Source: Aquirufa sp.
GTDB lineage: Bacteria; Bacteroidota; Bacteroidia; Cytophagales; Spirosomataceae
NCBI GenBank assembly: GCA_044236555.1
Contig: JBIIGE010000001.1
Location: 669 to 64,668, forward strand
Direction of reading: 5' to 3'
Length of the DNA stretch: 64,000 nt
Shown here: positions 8,011 to 18,415 of the stretch, piece by piece
Layout of the letters: each line of letters opens with the position of its first letter
Numbering within the stretch: the first letter of the stretch is position 1
Notes under the pieces: generated by a model
What the model saw: the letters and a program-made list of their open reading frames with translations, nothing else
Told to the model about the DNA's origin: nothing
The model's database searches: none
Position numbers and translations under genes: made by a program

Positions 8011-10712
8011 AATCCTCCTCTATCGTAGAAACTGCGTCTACGGGAAAGTTTCAAGTCTTGTAATAGCGTCGATTTAACGCGGAGATCGAAGGAGTAATTA
8101 CTCGCACGACCATAGAAGGGGCTAGCGATAGGGGTCCAATTGAAGTTCATTTCCCAGCAATGTAAGTCGCGGTGAACGGACATATTCGTATAAGTTAGGC
8201 CCTTGAATTTAAAGTCATATCCGGATGAAATGGTAAACTTCCATTTTTCCGAAAGACTTAGATCTCCTTGAAAGGTAAGTCCACTGACGTTTTGGGCCGC
8301 AGCTAAGCCCGTTTTATTCATACTGTATTGGTACGAAAAAGAAAAGTTCCAAGGCACATTCCAGTCGACATAGTCGTCTAGATTTCGGTTAATTTGGTTC
8401 ATTTGTGCATCGCTGGCATTTTTATTTTCTTTCGGCTTGGGCTTACCAGGGGAGAACCGACGACCTATAGAGAAGTTGAATCCTTGTAATCGAGCTAAAC
8501 CTGCACCTTGGCTAAACATGTATTCAGGTGTTCTGCGGCCGACATCAAAAAATAGGGGATCAGCTACATACAAGTAGGGGTCGAAACTTCCTCCCATATT
8601 GATATCAAAATCCTTTACCCTAGAAGCAAGATTAAATCCGATATTGGAGAGGGCATATTCTTTAGCGAGCAGATTGTAACTACCGTTTAACCCGAAATTA
8701 TCAATAATTCGTATTTTTTCGGTCAAAACGCTCGCTGTGTCAGACTTCGTTTTCAATTTCGCTTCTAAGGTATTTTGGAATCCAAATGAAATTGCACCAG
8801 TGGCACCTCCATAACTGATCGTCCGCGGGTCAAAAGTACTAATGCGTCGAATATCCCCTATTTGCTCTTTTCCGTCTGAATTGATGAATTTACGGTTATT
8901 GATTCGGACATCTTGAAAATAGCCTAAACTAGGGTCCGAATTATCTGGCGTATAACTTAAGCTAATCGAAGGCACCAAAGTGTGTCGAACGGCTTCTAAA
9001 CGCCCTTTTTTAAATCGCAACGTACCGAACAAACGCGTGTTCATACTGGCCGAGAAAGACAATTGCGAATTGAATTTAGGCAAACCACCTATGGTATCAA
9101 TGCGAACTGTTGAATCCGCGGCTACATAAGAATATTTGTAGGATCTGGTATACATATTTCCCGACCAAGAAACGCCTGGAGTTAGGTTAATGTCCTTAGT
9201 TAACTTCAAGTTAGGCAAGGCTAAAGGAATGCTGTAATTGAATTTAGTCTGCGCTTTCTCCCAAAGTATGGGTAGTGTATTCGCATCAACTGGAATCACA
9301 CCAGCAGGCACATCATTCGCACCTGTCGGTATAAATGGTCGCTGAATGGTTCCCCGTAAAGCATTAGAAGATCGGGGAAATACATCAAATTCATAACGTG
9401 TGTAAGGATCACCTACCTGGTTTGTCATTGAAATACCTCCTGAAAAATCTAGACCGATCCGAAATTGATCAATGAACCGATCGCCTAACGCATTTTTCTT
9501 TTTAAATGGTTGTATTTGGTTGAGGCCAAAGTTAAAGTCAGTTCCAGCATCGAACACTCGGGTGCTCATGTTTTGGTTGATACGGAGGTTAACACTTGTG
9601 CGGACACTTTGGCCAAAACTACGGGAATATTGAACCGAAGACCCAATCGTATTCGAAAGGTATTGCTGTGTATTGAACGTATTGAACTGATTGTAGGAGT
9701 TAGAAGCTAGGTTTACTGAAGCGGAGAAACTAGAATTACCTAAACTCCGAGGCGCATGTGACCATTGTAGGGCAAAGTCCGTCCGTTTAGTAGGATCAAA
9801 TTCGTCCCCGTCACTATTGCGGTTAAAGGCTAAATTGAAGCTTCCGTTATACCGATAGCGCTTGTTATATTGAGAATTAGCACCTAAACCCCACCCGCCT
9901 TTGGAATAAATTTGGCCGGTAAAACGGATACCAATGTTTTCGCTAGCCGCCCAATAATAGCCTCCCTCCCGCAGATAAAAACCACGTCCTCTAGGTTCTT
10001 CCCCATAGGTAGGCATGATTATACCCGATTTCCCGGCTTCCTTGGGTTGGGAATACGGGAAAAAACCAAACGGTAATCCAATAGGCAAGGGAATATCATT
10101 TAATTCAAAATGGAAGGGGCCAGAAATAATCTCTTTTTTACCCACAACCTTGATTTTATTGGCCTTGATGTGAAAGTGTGGGTGGGTTAAATTGCAGGTA
10201 GTATAAATGGCATTTCGGATGTAGAGGTTTTCCTCCTCGTCCTTTTTGACATTTTTCCCCTGGACAAAGCCTTCGCCCTGTTGCGTTACGATGCCTTTTA
10301 TAATCGCTCGTTTTGTTTTGAAATTATAGCGAATCTCGTCTGAATCGTATTTGTCACTGCCTTGTAAGAAAACAGGTAATCCGATCATCTTTTTCGTCAA
10401 AGTATCTTTCGTACCGATCGCATATACCTCGTTTTTAGCCCAATCTAGGCGAATGTAGTTCGCTTCAAGGGAGATATCACCGTACTTGACTTTGGCTCCT
10501 CCATACAAATTAACAACTTGAGCATCCGCATCTAGAATGGTAGAGTCGACGGCAGAATAGAATACGGTGGTCTGCAAATCAGCGGCAGAATCCTTCGGGA
10601 TAGATTTTTGTAAAGTATCCGTGGAGATTACCCGCTGCGCTCTTACTTCAACAATGGAAGCAAAAAAGACAAACAGCGTAACAAAAAGGTAATATGTGGA
10701 TTTCTTTACCAA
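8007..10712 (-). CDS. lptD: Putative LPS-assembly outer-membrane protein LptD
   Basis: OstA-like N-terminus (LYGGAKVKYGDISLEANYI), YTTC..HPHFHI and C-terminal RDLHCWEM. Divergent from amidase-MlaD genes. Confidence 0.88.
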   Translation of the reverse strand: MVKKSTYYLFVTLFVFFASIVEVRAQRVISTDTLQKSIPKDSAADLQTTVFYSAVDSTILDADAQVVNLYGGAKVKYGDISLEANYIRLDWAKNEVYAIGTKDTLTKKMIGLPVFLQGSDKYDSDEIRYNFKTKRAIIKGIVTQQGEGFVQGKNVKKDEEENLYIRNAIYTTCNLTHPHFHIKANKIKVVGKKEIISGPFHFELNDIPLPIGLPFGFFPYSQPKEAGKSGIIMPTYGEEPRGRGFYLREGGYYWAASENIGIRFTGQIYSKGGWGLGANSQYNKRYRYNGSFNLAFNRNSDGDEFDPTKRTDFALQWSHAPRSLGNSSFSASVNLASNSYNQFNTFNTQQYLSNTIGSSVQYSRSFGQSVRTSVNLRINQNMSTRVFDAGTDFNFGLNQIQPFKKKNALGDRFIDQFRIGLDFSGGISMTNQVGDPYTRYEFDVFPRSSNALRGTIQRPFIPTGANDVPAGVIPVDANTLPILWEKAQTKFNYSIPLALPNLKLTKDINLTPGVSWSGNMYTRSYKYSYVAADSTVRIDTIGGLPKFNSQLSFSASMNTRLFGTLRFKKGRLEAVRHTLVPSISLSYTPDNSDPSLGYFQDVRINNRKFINSDGKEQIGDIRRISTFDPRTISYGGATGAISFGFQNTLEAKLKTKSDTASVLTEKIRIIDNFGLNGSYNLLAKEYALSNIGFNLASRVKDFDINMGGSFDPYLYVADPLFFDVGRRTPEYMFSQGAGLARLQGFNFSIGRRFSPGKPKPKENKNASDAQMNQINRNLDDYVDWNVPWNFSFSYQYSMNKTGLAAAQNVSGLTFQGDLSLSEKWKFTISSGYDFKFKGLTYTNMSVHRDLHCWEMNFNWTPIASPFYGRASNYSFDLRVKSTLLQDLKLSRRRSFYDRGGF

Positions 10713-10755
10713 ATGGAATTTAAAAATTATATTTGTACTTATATAGACAAGCCTA

Positions 10756-10763
10756 CAAAATTA
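10756..10763 (-). promoter_or_regulatory. Sigma-A -7 element for lptD
   Basis: CAAAATTA on + strand = TAATTTTG on - strand. Confidence 0.55.
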
Positions 10764-10802
10764 CATTTTTGCTTGTTATCAACGTGTAACATTTAGAAAA
10801 TA

Positions 10803-11600
10803 ATGTTTAATCAGCTAAAATCTATCAGTTTAATTTTCGCGGTGGGTTTCTTACTGACAGCTTGGACTCCTAGTGGTTTTCAACAACCGGAGGAAAAAAA
10901 TCGCATTAAAGTAGTTTGCTTGGATGCTGGACACGGAGGCAAAGATCCAGGTTGTATGGGCCCTAAGGGTTCTCATGAGGGCATTGTTACCTTAAAAATC
11001 ATTTTAGAGCTTGGCAAAAAGTTGAAAGAGGCTCATCCGGATCTTAAGGTAATTTATACGAGACAAACGGATAATTTTATTGAATTAAATGAGCGCGCTA
11101 ATATTGCTAATCGCAATAAAGCGGACCTATTTATTTCTGTTCATTGCAACGCGGCTCTAAATAAAAGCGCTTATGGGACAGAAACTTACACGATGGGTTT
11201 GCATAAAACGGATGGTAACTTGAATGTGGCGAAGCGGGAGAACTCTGTTATCTTGCAGGAGAAAGATTACGAGAAGACCTATAATGGTTTTGATCCAAAT
11301 TCTCCGTTAGCGCATATTATGATGGCTAATTACCAAAGTGCCTTCATGGCTAGCTCGGTAAAATTTGCATCGAAAGTGGAAGAGCAGTTTACCAAGACCT
11401 ATAAACGTAAGAGTTTTGGGGTTAAACAAGCGGGATTTTTGGTTATTTGGCGTACGGCTATGCCTAGTGTCTTAATCGAGACGGGATTTTTAACGAACCC
11501 AGATGAGGAGAACTATTTAGCTTCTACAACGGGGCAGTCAGAGGTTGCAACGGCCATTGCATCCGCATTTAAATCATATAAAGAAGAAATCGAAAAATAA
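10803..11600 (+). CDS. N-acetylmuramoyl-L-alanine amidase (Amidase_3)
   Basis: LDAGHGGKDPG, ERANIAN, FISVHCN and MPSVLIETGFLTN; signal peptide. Confidence 0.95.
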   Translation: MFNQLKSISLIFAVGFLLTAWTPSGFQQPEEKNRIKVVCLDAGHGGKDPGCMGPKGSHEGIVTLKIILELGKKLKEAHPDLKVIYTRQTDNFIELNERANIANRNKADLFISVHCNAALNKSAYGTETYTMGLHKTDGNLNVAKRENSVILQEKDYEKTYNGFDPNSPLAHIMMANYQSAFMASSVKFASKVEEQFTKTYKRKSFGVKQAGFLVIWRTAMPSVLIETGFLTNPDEENYLASTTGQSEVATAIASAFKSYKEEIEK

Positions 11601-11605
11601 ATACA

Positions 11606-12553
11606 ATGTTCAAAAGCAATGAATTAAAAGTAGGGTTTTTGGCATTGATCGCCTTCTTAATCCTCTATTTTGGGTTTAATTATTTAAAAGGGAATGACGT
11701 TTTCTCTTCAGCTCGGGTCTATTATGTAGAATACGAGAACGTGGATGGTTTGATGGTTTCAAACCAGGTCATGGTCAATGGAATTGAGGTGGGTAAGGTA
11801 AAGAAGGTCGAACTTCAACCTACTAAATCGAATAAAATTTTAGTGACTTTACAATTCAGTCAAGCTATCGTTCTTCCAGATAAAACAGTGGCAGTACTCT
11901 CTGATGGAGCTTTATTAGGGGGTAAAATTATCCGTTTGCGCTTAGAGGGGAAAGGAAATTTGCCAGAGGAGTCCTTTTTAAAAGGAGAAACGGAAGTGGG
12001 CGTCACGTCCTTATTAAAAGAACGCGCGATTCCTGTTATTGCTAACGCGGATTCTTTGCTCGTTTCTTTCCGCCAAATCTCTACTAAGTTTGATAATACT
12101 GGAACGTATTTGAATACCCTGTTGAAAACATCTAATGAGACGGTTTCAAATATTAACGGTTCTGTAAATGGAATAGTAGCTGATAACCGCGCAAATGTAG
12201 CGCAAATCTCTGCTAACATGAAAATATTGTCCGCAGATTTGATGGAGACAGAGAAGCAATTGCGTCCCTTATTGACGAAATTCAATACAGTAGCGGACTC
12301 TTTACAGGCTTTAAGAATCGGCAAAACGTTAAAGGAAGTGGATTTGGCCGTCGTTTCATTGAGGAAAATTGTACAAGGGTTAGAACAGGGAGAAGGAACT
12401 GCGGGTAAATTAATCAAGAATGATAGCTTGTATCTAGGATTAAACAAAACGCTAGTGGATCTGGACAAACTTTTGCTTGATTTTAGATTACAGCCTAAGC
12501 GCTATATCGGTATTTCTGTTTTCGGAAAGAAAAACACCCCGCCCTCTAATTAA
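11606..12553 (+). CDS. MlaD/MCE family protein
   Basis: N-terminal TM (ELKVG..), VDGL..VMVNGIEVGKV, helical region and G.GTAGKLI.ND.LY..L..D...PKRY tail. Confidence 0.92.
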   Translation: MFKSNELKVGFLALIAFLILYFGFNYLKGNDVFSSARVYYVEYENVDGLMVSNQVMVNGIEVGKVKKVELQPTKSNKILVTLQFSQAIVLPDKTVAVLSDGALLGGKIIRLRLEGKGNLPEESFLKGETEVGVTSLLKERAIPVIANADSLLVSFRQISTKFDNTGTYLNTLLKTSNETVSNINGSVNGIVADNRANVAQISANMKILSADLMETEKQLRPLLTKFNTVADSLQALRIGKTLKEVDLAVVSLRKIVQGLEQGEGTAGKLIKNDSLYLGLNKTLVDLDKLLLDFRLQPKRYIGISVFGKKNTPPSN

Positions 12554-12558
12554 TTTCT

Positions 12559-13380
12559 ATGTCTACGATTCAAGTGAAAATTACAGCCAGTCCTGAGCTG
12601 TCTGATATATTAGTCGCTGAGCTAGGCGAAATTCAATTCGATATTTTTGAGGATTCGGATACAGGGGTCATGGCCTATTGCCCAGAGGTAGACTTTTCTG
12701 AGCAGGCTTTGGTTGAAATTATGTCCCGTTATGGGTTAGAGACCTACGAAACGAGTCGCATCGAGAAGCAAAATTGGAATCAGGTATGGGAAAGTAATTA
12801 TGATCCCATTCGCATCGAAGACTTAGTGTTGATTCGCGCCAGTTTTCACCCCTCAGAGCCAGGATTTCAGATGGAAGTAGTGATTAATCCCAAAATGTCT
12901 TTTGGCACGGGCCACCATGAAACGACTTCGTTGATGACCGCAGCACTATTTGATTTTGATTTAGCTGGCAAAACTGTGTTAGATGCTGGAACGGGAACAG
13001 GGTTGTTAGCTTTTGTGGCAAAGAAGCGTGGTGCTGGTTTCGTGCGTGGTTTTGATATAGATGAGTGGTCGGTAGAGAATTCGATAGAGAATGCCGGCTT
13101 GAATGACTGTTCCGAAATTCCTTTTGGGCTGGGCACTATCGTGGATGAAGATGATACGCAATACGATGTTCTTTTAGCTAATATCAATCGCAATATCTTA
13201 CTTGCCGAAATGGCCGAATATGCCGTTCGCATTAAGCCCGGAGGCCTACTTTTTTTGAGTGGTTTCTATACCGAAGACATTCCACTTTTATTGGAATCCG
13301 CTGAAAAGCAGCAACTTAATTTTATAGCACAGGCATCAAAAAACAACTGGGCTTGCTTGCAATTGAGAAAAAAACCTTAA
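12559..13380 (+). CDS. prmA: Ribosomal protein L11 methyltransferase
   Basis: INPKMSFGTGHHETT, VLDAGTGTGLL, LANINRN and LSGF. Confidence 0.96.
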   Translation: MSTIQVKITASPELSDILVAELGEIQFDIFEDSDTGVMAYCPEVDFSEQALVEIMSRYGLETYETSRIEKQNWNQVWESNYDPIRIEDLVLIRASFHPSEPGFQMEVVINPKMSFGTGHHETTSLMTAALFDFDLAGKTVLDAGTGTGLLAFVAKKRGAGFVRGFDIDEWSVENSIENAGLNDCSEIPFGLGTIVDEDDTQYDVLLANINRNILLAEMAEYAVRIKPGGLLFLSGFYTEDIPLLLESAEKQQLNFIAQASKNNWACLQLRKKP

Positions 13381-13427
13381 TTTTAAAGGTTTGACTCTTG
13401 TAATCCGAGAAATCGGGTGTTTTAAAA

Positions 13428-16364
13428 ATGAAAATCTCCCCTAACAAACCTTTTCAGGTTGTTTATTCTTTGTTGTCTCATGAATGCCTCGGATATTTAT
13501 TCGAAGTCTTTGTGGTGCAATTAAATGAGAAGAATCAATTGACTTGGGAGTATCAAACGCTTACTTCTCGGAATTTCCATGAATTTGAACACGCCTTAGA
13601 CGATCGCGATCGTACGGCGGTGGGTTTGATTGAAAGTATGAAGCCTGTCGCGGTTTATGAAAAGTTTAATTCATCGAAGCGCAAGACGATGGAGGAATTC
13701 TTTTTAAAGACCTGGGATGCAGAAAAAGGAGAGAAGGAGATTCAAGAAGCCGTGATGTCCGTGATTGAGAAGAAAAGAGGTCAGGTTTTTGGATTAATTT
13801 GTCCAGATAAGACGCTTTTCATCATGGGAAATGACGGGAATCCGATGCGCCAATCGGTGCAAATCGAGGCGGAGGCCGTGGATGTCTTATTCCATTTCAT
13901 GCGCAATGAGGAAAATACCCATTATTTTCCTACGCTTAAATACTTAGGTAATAAACTCGAATTCCAGTACAAAGACGCGGTTGTTTTATGTGACGAGCCG
14001 GCTTGGATGCTGATGAATCAAAAATTATACCACTTCAATCCGGAACTAGAGGGCAAGAAATTGCGACCGTTTTTGAACAAGAAGTTTGTTGCCATTCCGA
14101 AGAATATGGAAGAAGATTACTTCCGCAAATTCGTGAAGGCGATGGTAGGACGCTATCCTGTTCATGCCAAGGGATTTGAAATAACGAATACAGAAAAACC
14201 AGTTCAATTCTTACTTTCCTACGGCCCTTTAGCGCCTAAGTTAGACGAGTCAGAATTGATGAAAAAGAAGGCAGCATTAGAAGCAGCAGATCGCTGGCAT
14301 TTTGTGCTCTCCTTTCAATACGGCAATAACCGTTTTCCTTGGGATGGACTTTCATCTGAAGCAAATGTGCTTTTTGAGAAGAAAGCGGATAGTTATGCCT
14401 TCCAAAAAATTATGCGTTCTCACGTAAAGGAGAAGCGGGCTTTCCAACAGCTCAAGACATTAGGTCTCAAGATGGAGAATGATGGCCGCGCCTTTATGCA
14501 ACGTGGGGATGCTGTTCAATGGTTAACTGCGAACAAAGAGGCACTAGATCAGGCAGGATTTGCCGTTCAGTTCAAAGGCGACGGACAAGCGCCACGTTAT
14601 TTCTTAGGAAAGCCAGAAATCAAGATTCGCATTGGTGAAAAACTTGACTGGTTTGATATTCAGGCTATTATTTCGTTTGGGGAGTTCCAAATTCCGTTCC
14701 TGAAAATTCGCCAGCTAATCTTACAAAAGAAAAAAGAATTCCATTTGCCGGATGGTTCCATCGCGATGATTCCGGATAACTGGTTCCACGATTACCAAGA
14801 TTTATTCTACTTCTCCGAGACGCGTCCCGGTGAAGAGGGCGTTTTCTTACGTCGTCAACATTACCAGCTCGTGCAGGAATGGGAGAACCAGGATTTAGTG
14901 AAGACTGCCTTGCGGTCTAAAACGGTGAATGATTTAGCGCTTGAAGCGAAAGAATTCCCTGTCCCTAAGAATTTCAAAGGAACTTTGCGTCCGTATCAAT
15001 TAGAAGGTTACCGTTGGATGCGAACGCGTCAGGTAGCTGGCTTAGGGGCGTGTTTAGCGGATGATATGGGTCTGGGTAAAACCGTACAGACCCTTTGTTT
15101 ATTACAGAGTTTAAAGGAACAAGGCGAGACCTTGCCTACCTTGCTCGTAATGCCTACTTCCTTATTGTATAACTGGGAGATGGAGGCGAAGAAATTTACG
15201 CCGCAGTTACGCGTTTTAGTATACAGCGGACCACAAAGAGAGAAATTACAGGCGCAAATAGGGAAGGTAGACTTACTATTGTGCTCGTTCGGGATGGTGC
15301 GTTCAGATATTGAATGGTTCGAAAAACAGGCGTTCTCCTATGTGATTTTGGATGAGTCGCAGGCGATTAAGAATCCATTAGCCAATATTACCAAAGCCGT
15401 TCAGAAGTTAAACGCGAAATTCCGTCTAGTGATGACGGGAACTCCATTGGAGAATTCGACGATGGATCTTTGGTCTCAAATGAATTTCGTGAATACGGGA
15501 TTACTCGGAACTCAACGTTATTTCAAAGATCATTTCCAACTGCCTATCGAAAAGAAGGCAGATATGGAGAAGAAAAAGCGGCTTTATTTCTTAATTAAGC
15601 CCTATTTATTACGTCGTGAAAAGCGTCAGGTAGCGGCTGATTTACCGGAGAAAATGGAGTCGGTGACTTACTGTTCGATGACGGAAGAGCAAGAACGCTT
15701 GTATGATAAGACGAAGTCATTCTACCGAGATGTGTTATTAAAGCAGATTAAGGATGAAGGTTTGCAGAAATCTCGATTCTCTGTTTTGCAGGGTTTGACG
15801 AAATTACGTCAGCTAGCAAACCATCCATCACTTTGTGAGGACGGTTATGCGGGAGATTCTGGTAAGATGGAGGCCGTTTTAGAAAAATTAGAGACCGTTT
15901 TAGAGCAGCACCACAAAGTATTGATCTTTAGTCAGTTTGTGCAGCACTTGAACTTGATTAAAACGGCCCTAGATGAGCGTGGTATTGCATATGCGTACTT
16001 GGATGGTAGTACGGTAGACCGAAAAGGGCAAGTGGAGAGTTTCCAAAAGGACGATGGACAATCTGTTTTCCTTATTTCCCTGAAAGCCGGAGGGGTAGGT
16101 CTAAACCTGACTGCAGCAGATTACGTTTTCTTGCTAGATCCGTGGTGGAATCCAGCGGCGGAGGCACAGGCGATTGACCGTGCTCACCGTATCGGCCAAA
16201 AGAAAACCGTATTTACCTACAAGTTCATCTCAAAAGAGACGGTGGAAGAAAAGATTCTTGCTTTGCAGCAACGCAAAAAGGATTTAGCTTCAGAGCTAGT
16301 GACGTCAGATGAGAGTATTTTGCGCGCCTTGAGTGAGGACGAGGTACTGGATTTATTAAGCTAA
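13428..16364 (+). CDS. SNF2-family helicase/ATPase
   Basis: LRPYQ, LADDMGLGKT, DESQAIKN, TGTPLEN, SLKAGGVGLNLT and QAIDRAHRIGQ. Confidence 0.95.
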   Translation: MKISPNKPFQVVYSLLSHECLGYLFEVFVVQLNEKNQLTWEYQTLTSRNFHEFEHALDDRDRTAVGLIESMKPVAVYEKFNSSKRKTMEEFFLKTWDAEKGEKEIQEAVMSVIEKKRGQVFGLICPDKTLFIMGNDGNPMRQSVQIEAEAVDVLFHFMRNEENTHYFPTLKYLGNKLEFQYKDAVVLCDEPAWMLMNQKLYHFNPELEGKKLRPFLNKKFVAIPKNMEEDYFRKFVKAMVGRYPVHAKGFEITNTEKPVQFLLSYGPLAPKLDESELMKKKAALEAADRWHFVLSFQYGNNRFPWDGLSSEANVLFEKKADSYAFQKIMRSHVKEKRAFQQLKTLGLKMENDGRAFMQRGDAVQWLTANKEALDQAGFAVQFKGDGQAPRYFLGKPEIKIRIGEKLDWFDIQAIISFGEFQIPFLKIRQLILQKKKEFHLPDGSIAMIPDNWFHDYQDLFYFSETRPGEEGVFLRRQHYQLVQEWENQDLVKTALRSKTVNDLALEAKEFPVPKNFKGTLRPYQLEGYRWMRTRQVAGLGACLADDMGLGKTVQTLCLLQSLKEQGETLPTLLVMPTSLLYNWEMEAKKFTPQLRVLVYSGPQREKLQAQIGKVDLLLCSFGMVRSDIEWFEKQAFSYVILDESQAIKNPLANITKAVQKLNAKFRLVMTGTPLENSTMDLWSQMNFVNTGLLGTQRYFKDHFQLPIEKKADMEKKKRLYFLIKPYLLRREKRQVAADLPEKMESVTYCSMTEEQERLYDKTKSFYRDVLLKQIKDEGLQKSRFSVLQGLTKLRQLANHPSLCEDGYAGDSGKMEAVLEKLETVLEQHHKVLIFSQFVQHLNLIKTALDERGIAYAYLDGSTVDRKGQVESFQKDDGQSVFLISLKAGGVGLNLTAADYVFLLDPWWNPAAEAQAIDRAHRIGQKKTVFTYKFISKETVEEKILALQQRKKDLASELVTSDESILRALSEDEVLDLLS

Positions 16365-17020
16365 GATTTTACGAGGATGTTTTTCGCTACTTCGTGACTA
16401 ATGAAGATGGGCGCAGCGTCATTAATGGAAACAAAGATCGAGCGATCGAATTCGTTAATCTCTTGGATGTCTAATTTTGCCCCAAGACTCAAATTTAATT
16501 TCGTGAGGAGCTGAAGAAAGACCGTTGAATCTTGTGCCACCCCCATTAATTTGCAGGTCTTGTTTGCTTTGATTTCCGAAAGTTGTGAATAGGCAAGCTC
16601 AGGTAAAATTCCGTCCTTGTTCGGGATAGGATCCCCGTGTGGATCAGTCTTTGGAAAGCCTAAATATTCATCTAATTTATTGACTAATTCATCGGATTCG
16701 ATGTGCTCTAATTGTTCTGCGATCTCATGCACCTCATCCCAGTTGAATCCCATTTTTTCGACTAAGAATAATTCCCAAAGACGGTGTTTACGCACTATCG
16801 AGAGAGCTATTTTCTCCCCTGTCGGGCTAAGTCGTACGCCTTGGTATTTTTGGTAGTTCACCCAGCCTTTATCGGCTAGTTTTCGAAGCATGTCTGTCAC
16901 CGATGCAGCTTTCGTCTGCATTTGCTCTGCCACCGCATTGGTGGAGATGTCTTCCTGGGTCGCCTCAGATAGGCGGTGGATAACTTTTAAGTAGTTTTCT
17001 TCGGTGAATGAAATAGCCAT
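16361..17020 (-). CDS. mntR: DtxR/MntR-family metal-dependent repressor with FeoA-like C-terminal domain
   Basis: EENYLK, SVTDML.KL, RKHRLWELFL, VHEIAEQLEH and DPHGDPIP. Divergent from mntH. Confidence 0.92.
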   Translation of the reverse strand: MAISFTEENYLKVIHRLSEATQEDISTNAVAEQMQTKAASVTDMLRKLADKGWVNYQKYQGVRLSPTGEKIALSIVRKHRLWELFLVEKMGFNWDEVHEIAEQLEHIESDELVNKLDEYLGFPKTDPHGDPIPNKDGILPELAYSQLSEIKANKTCKLMGVAQDSTVFLQLLTKLNLSLGAKLDIQEINEFDRSIFVSINDAAPIFISHEVAKNILVKS

Positions 17021-17040
17021 GTGGTAAATATAGCAAATTA

Positions 17041-17064
17041 AATTTTTAGGTTAATCTAAAAATT
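17041..17064. promoter_or_regulatory. Putative MntR/DtxR operator palindrome
   Basis: AATTTTTAG-gttaat-CTAAAAATT with perfect 9-bp arms. Core TTAGGTTAATCTAA resembles the DtxR box. Confidence 0.8.
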
Positions 17065-17069
17065 ATTTT

Positions 17070-17077
17070 TAAATTTG
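17070..17077 (+). promoter_or_regulatory. Sigma-A -7 element for mntH
   Basis: TAAATTTG just downstream of the operator and 15 nt before the ATG at 17093. Confidence 0.65.
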
Positions 17078-17092
17078 ACAAAAATCAGTCTT

Positions 17093-18415
17093 ATGTCGAG
17101 TCCTTGGCGTTCTAGTCCTAAAATGAAGTCTCTCTCCGAGGTGTTTGGTACGATTCCAGTACCAGCGGGGAAGGGTTTTTGGCAGAATTTGCGGGCCTTT
17201 ATGGGGCCAGGTTTTTTAGTGGCCGTAGGTTATATGGATCCGGGCAACTGGGCAACTGATTTAGCGGGAGGGGCCTCTTTTGGGTACACTTTATTGTCTG
17301 TTATTCTCGTTTCAAGCATTTTTGCGATTGTTTTACAGCATTTGGCTTTAAAGTTAGGGGTTGCTTCTGGACGGGATTTAGCGCAGGCCTGTGGGGATGC
17401 TTTTTCTAAACCGGTAGCTATTTTTCTTTGGGTAGTCTGTGAAATTGCGATTGCCGCCTGCGATTTAGCTGAGGTGATCGGTTCGGCATTAGCGCTACAA
17501 TTGTTGTTTGGGATTCCTATTTTGGCGGGGATTGTCATCACCATCTTAGATGTATTTTTGATTTTGTATTTCCAAAACAAGGGTTTCAAAGTCATTGAGT
17601 CCATTGTTCTCTCTCTCTTGATTGTGATTGTTTGCTGTTTTGCCTATGAATTGTTCGTCTCTCAGCCATCTATTTCAGGTATTTTAAGTGGTCTAGTTCC
17701 GCAAACGTCGGTTGTGATGAATCCGAGTCAATTGTATGTTGCCATTGGTATTTTAGGGGCCACGGTGATGCCACATAATTTGTATTTGCATTCAAGTATT
17801 GTGCAGACTCGAGCGATTAAAGATACGCAGGAGGACAAAGCAAAGGCCATTAAATTTGCTACTTGGGACTCTACGATTTCTCTAGGCTTAGCCTTTTTTA
17901 TCAACGCAGGGATTTTGATTTTAGCAGCGGCCGCTTTCCATGGGAATAATTTGACTCATGTGGCGGATATTCGGGATGCCTATCAGTTATTAGATCCGGT
18001 ATTAGGAAGTAAATTAGCTAGTATTTTATTTGCGGTTGCCTTACTCGCTTCTGGTCAGAATGCTACGTTGACGGGTACTTTAGCGGGCCAAATCGTCATG
18101 GAAGGATTCCTCGATCTTCGCATTGCTCCCTGGTTACGGCGTCTAATTACCCGTTTAATTGCTATTATTCCGGCCTTTTTTATCACGTGGATTTACGGGG
18201 AATCGAAGATAGGGGAGCTATTAGTTTTCTCTCAGGTTATTTTATCGATGCAGCTAAGCTTCGCTGTGATTCCTTTAGTCATGTTCACAGGGGATAAACA
18301 GAAGATGGGGGAATTTGCGAATTCACCACTTTTACAAGGAATCGTTTGGGTGATTACTTCGATTATTTTAGGTCTGAATATGTACTTGCTGGGGCAGGTG
18401 TTAGGACTGCTTTAA
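17093..18415 (+). CDS. mntH: Nramp-family divalent metal (Mn2+) transporter
   Basis: VAVGYMDPGNWATD, GATVMPHNLYLHS and GTLAGQIVMEGF. Confidence 0.97.
   Translation: MSSPWRSSPKMKSLSEVFGTIPVPAGKGFWQNLRAFMGPGFLVAVGYMDPGNWATDLAGGASFGYTLLSVILVSSIFAIVLQHLALKLGVASGRDLAQACGDAFSKPVAIFLWVVCEIAIAACDLAEVIGSALALQLLFGIPILAGIVITILDVFLILYFQNKGFKVIESIVLSLLIVIVCCFAYELFVSQPSISGILSGLVPQTSVVMNPSQLYVAIGILGATVMPHNLYLHSSIVQTRAIKDTQEDKAKAIKFATWDSTISLGLAFFINAGILILAAAAFHGNNLTHVADIRDAYQLLDPVLGSKLASILFAVALLASGQNATLTGTLAGQIVMEGFLDLRIAPWLRRLITRLIAIIPAFFITWIYGESKIGELLVFSQVILSMQLSFAVIPLVMFTGDKQKMGEFANSPLLQGIVWVITSIILGLNMYLLGQVLGLL

Noticed and set aside
13428-16364. SNF2 helicase as part of an anti-phage defence system
   Set aside because: It is flanked by prmA and mntR, with no DNA methylase, nuclease or other defence genes and no island signature.
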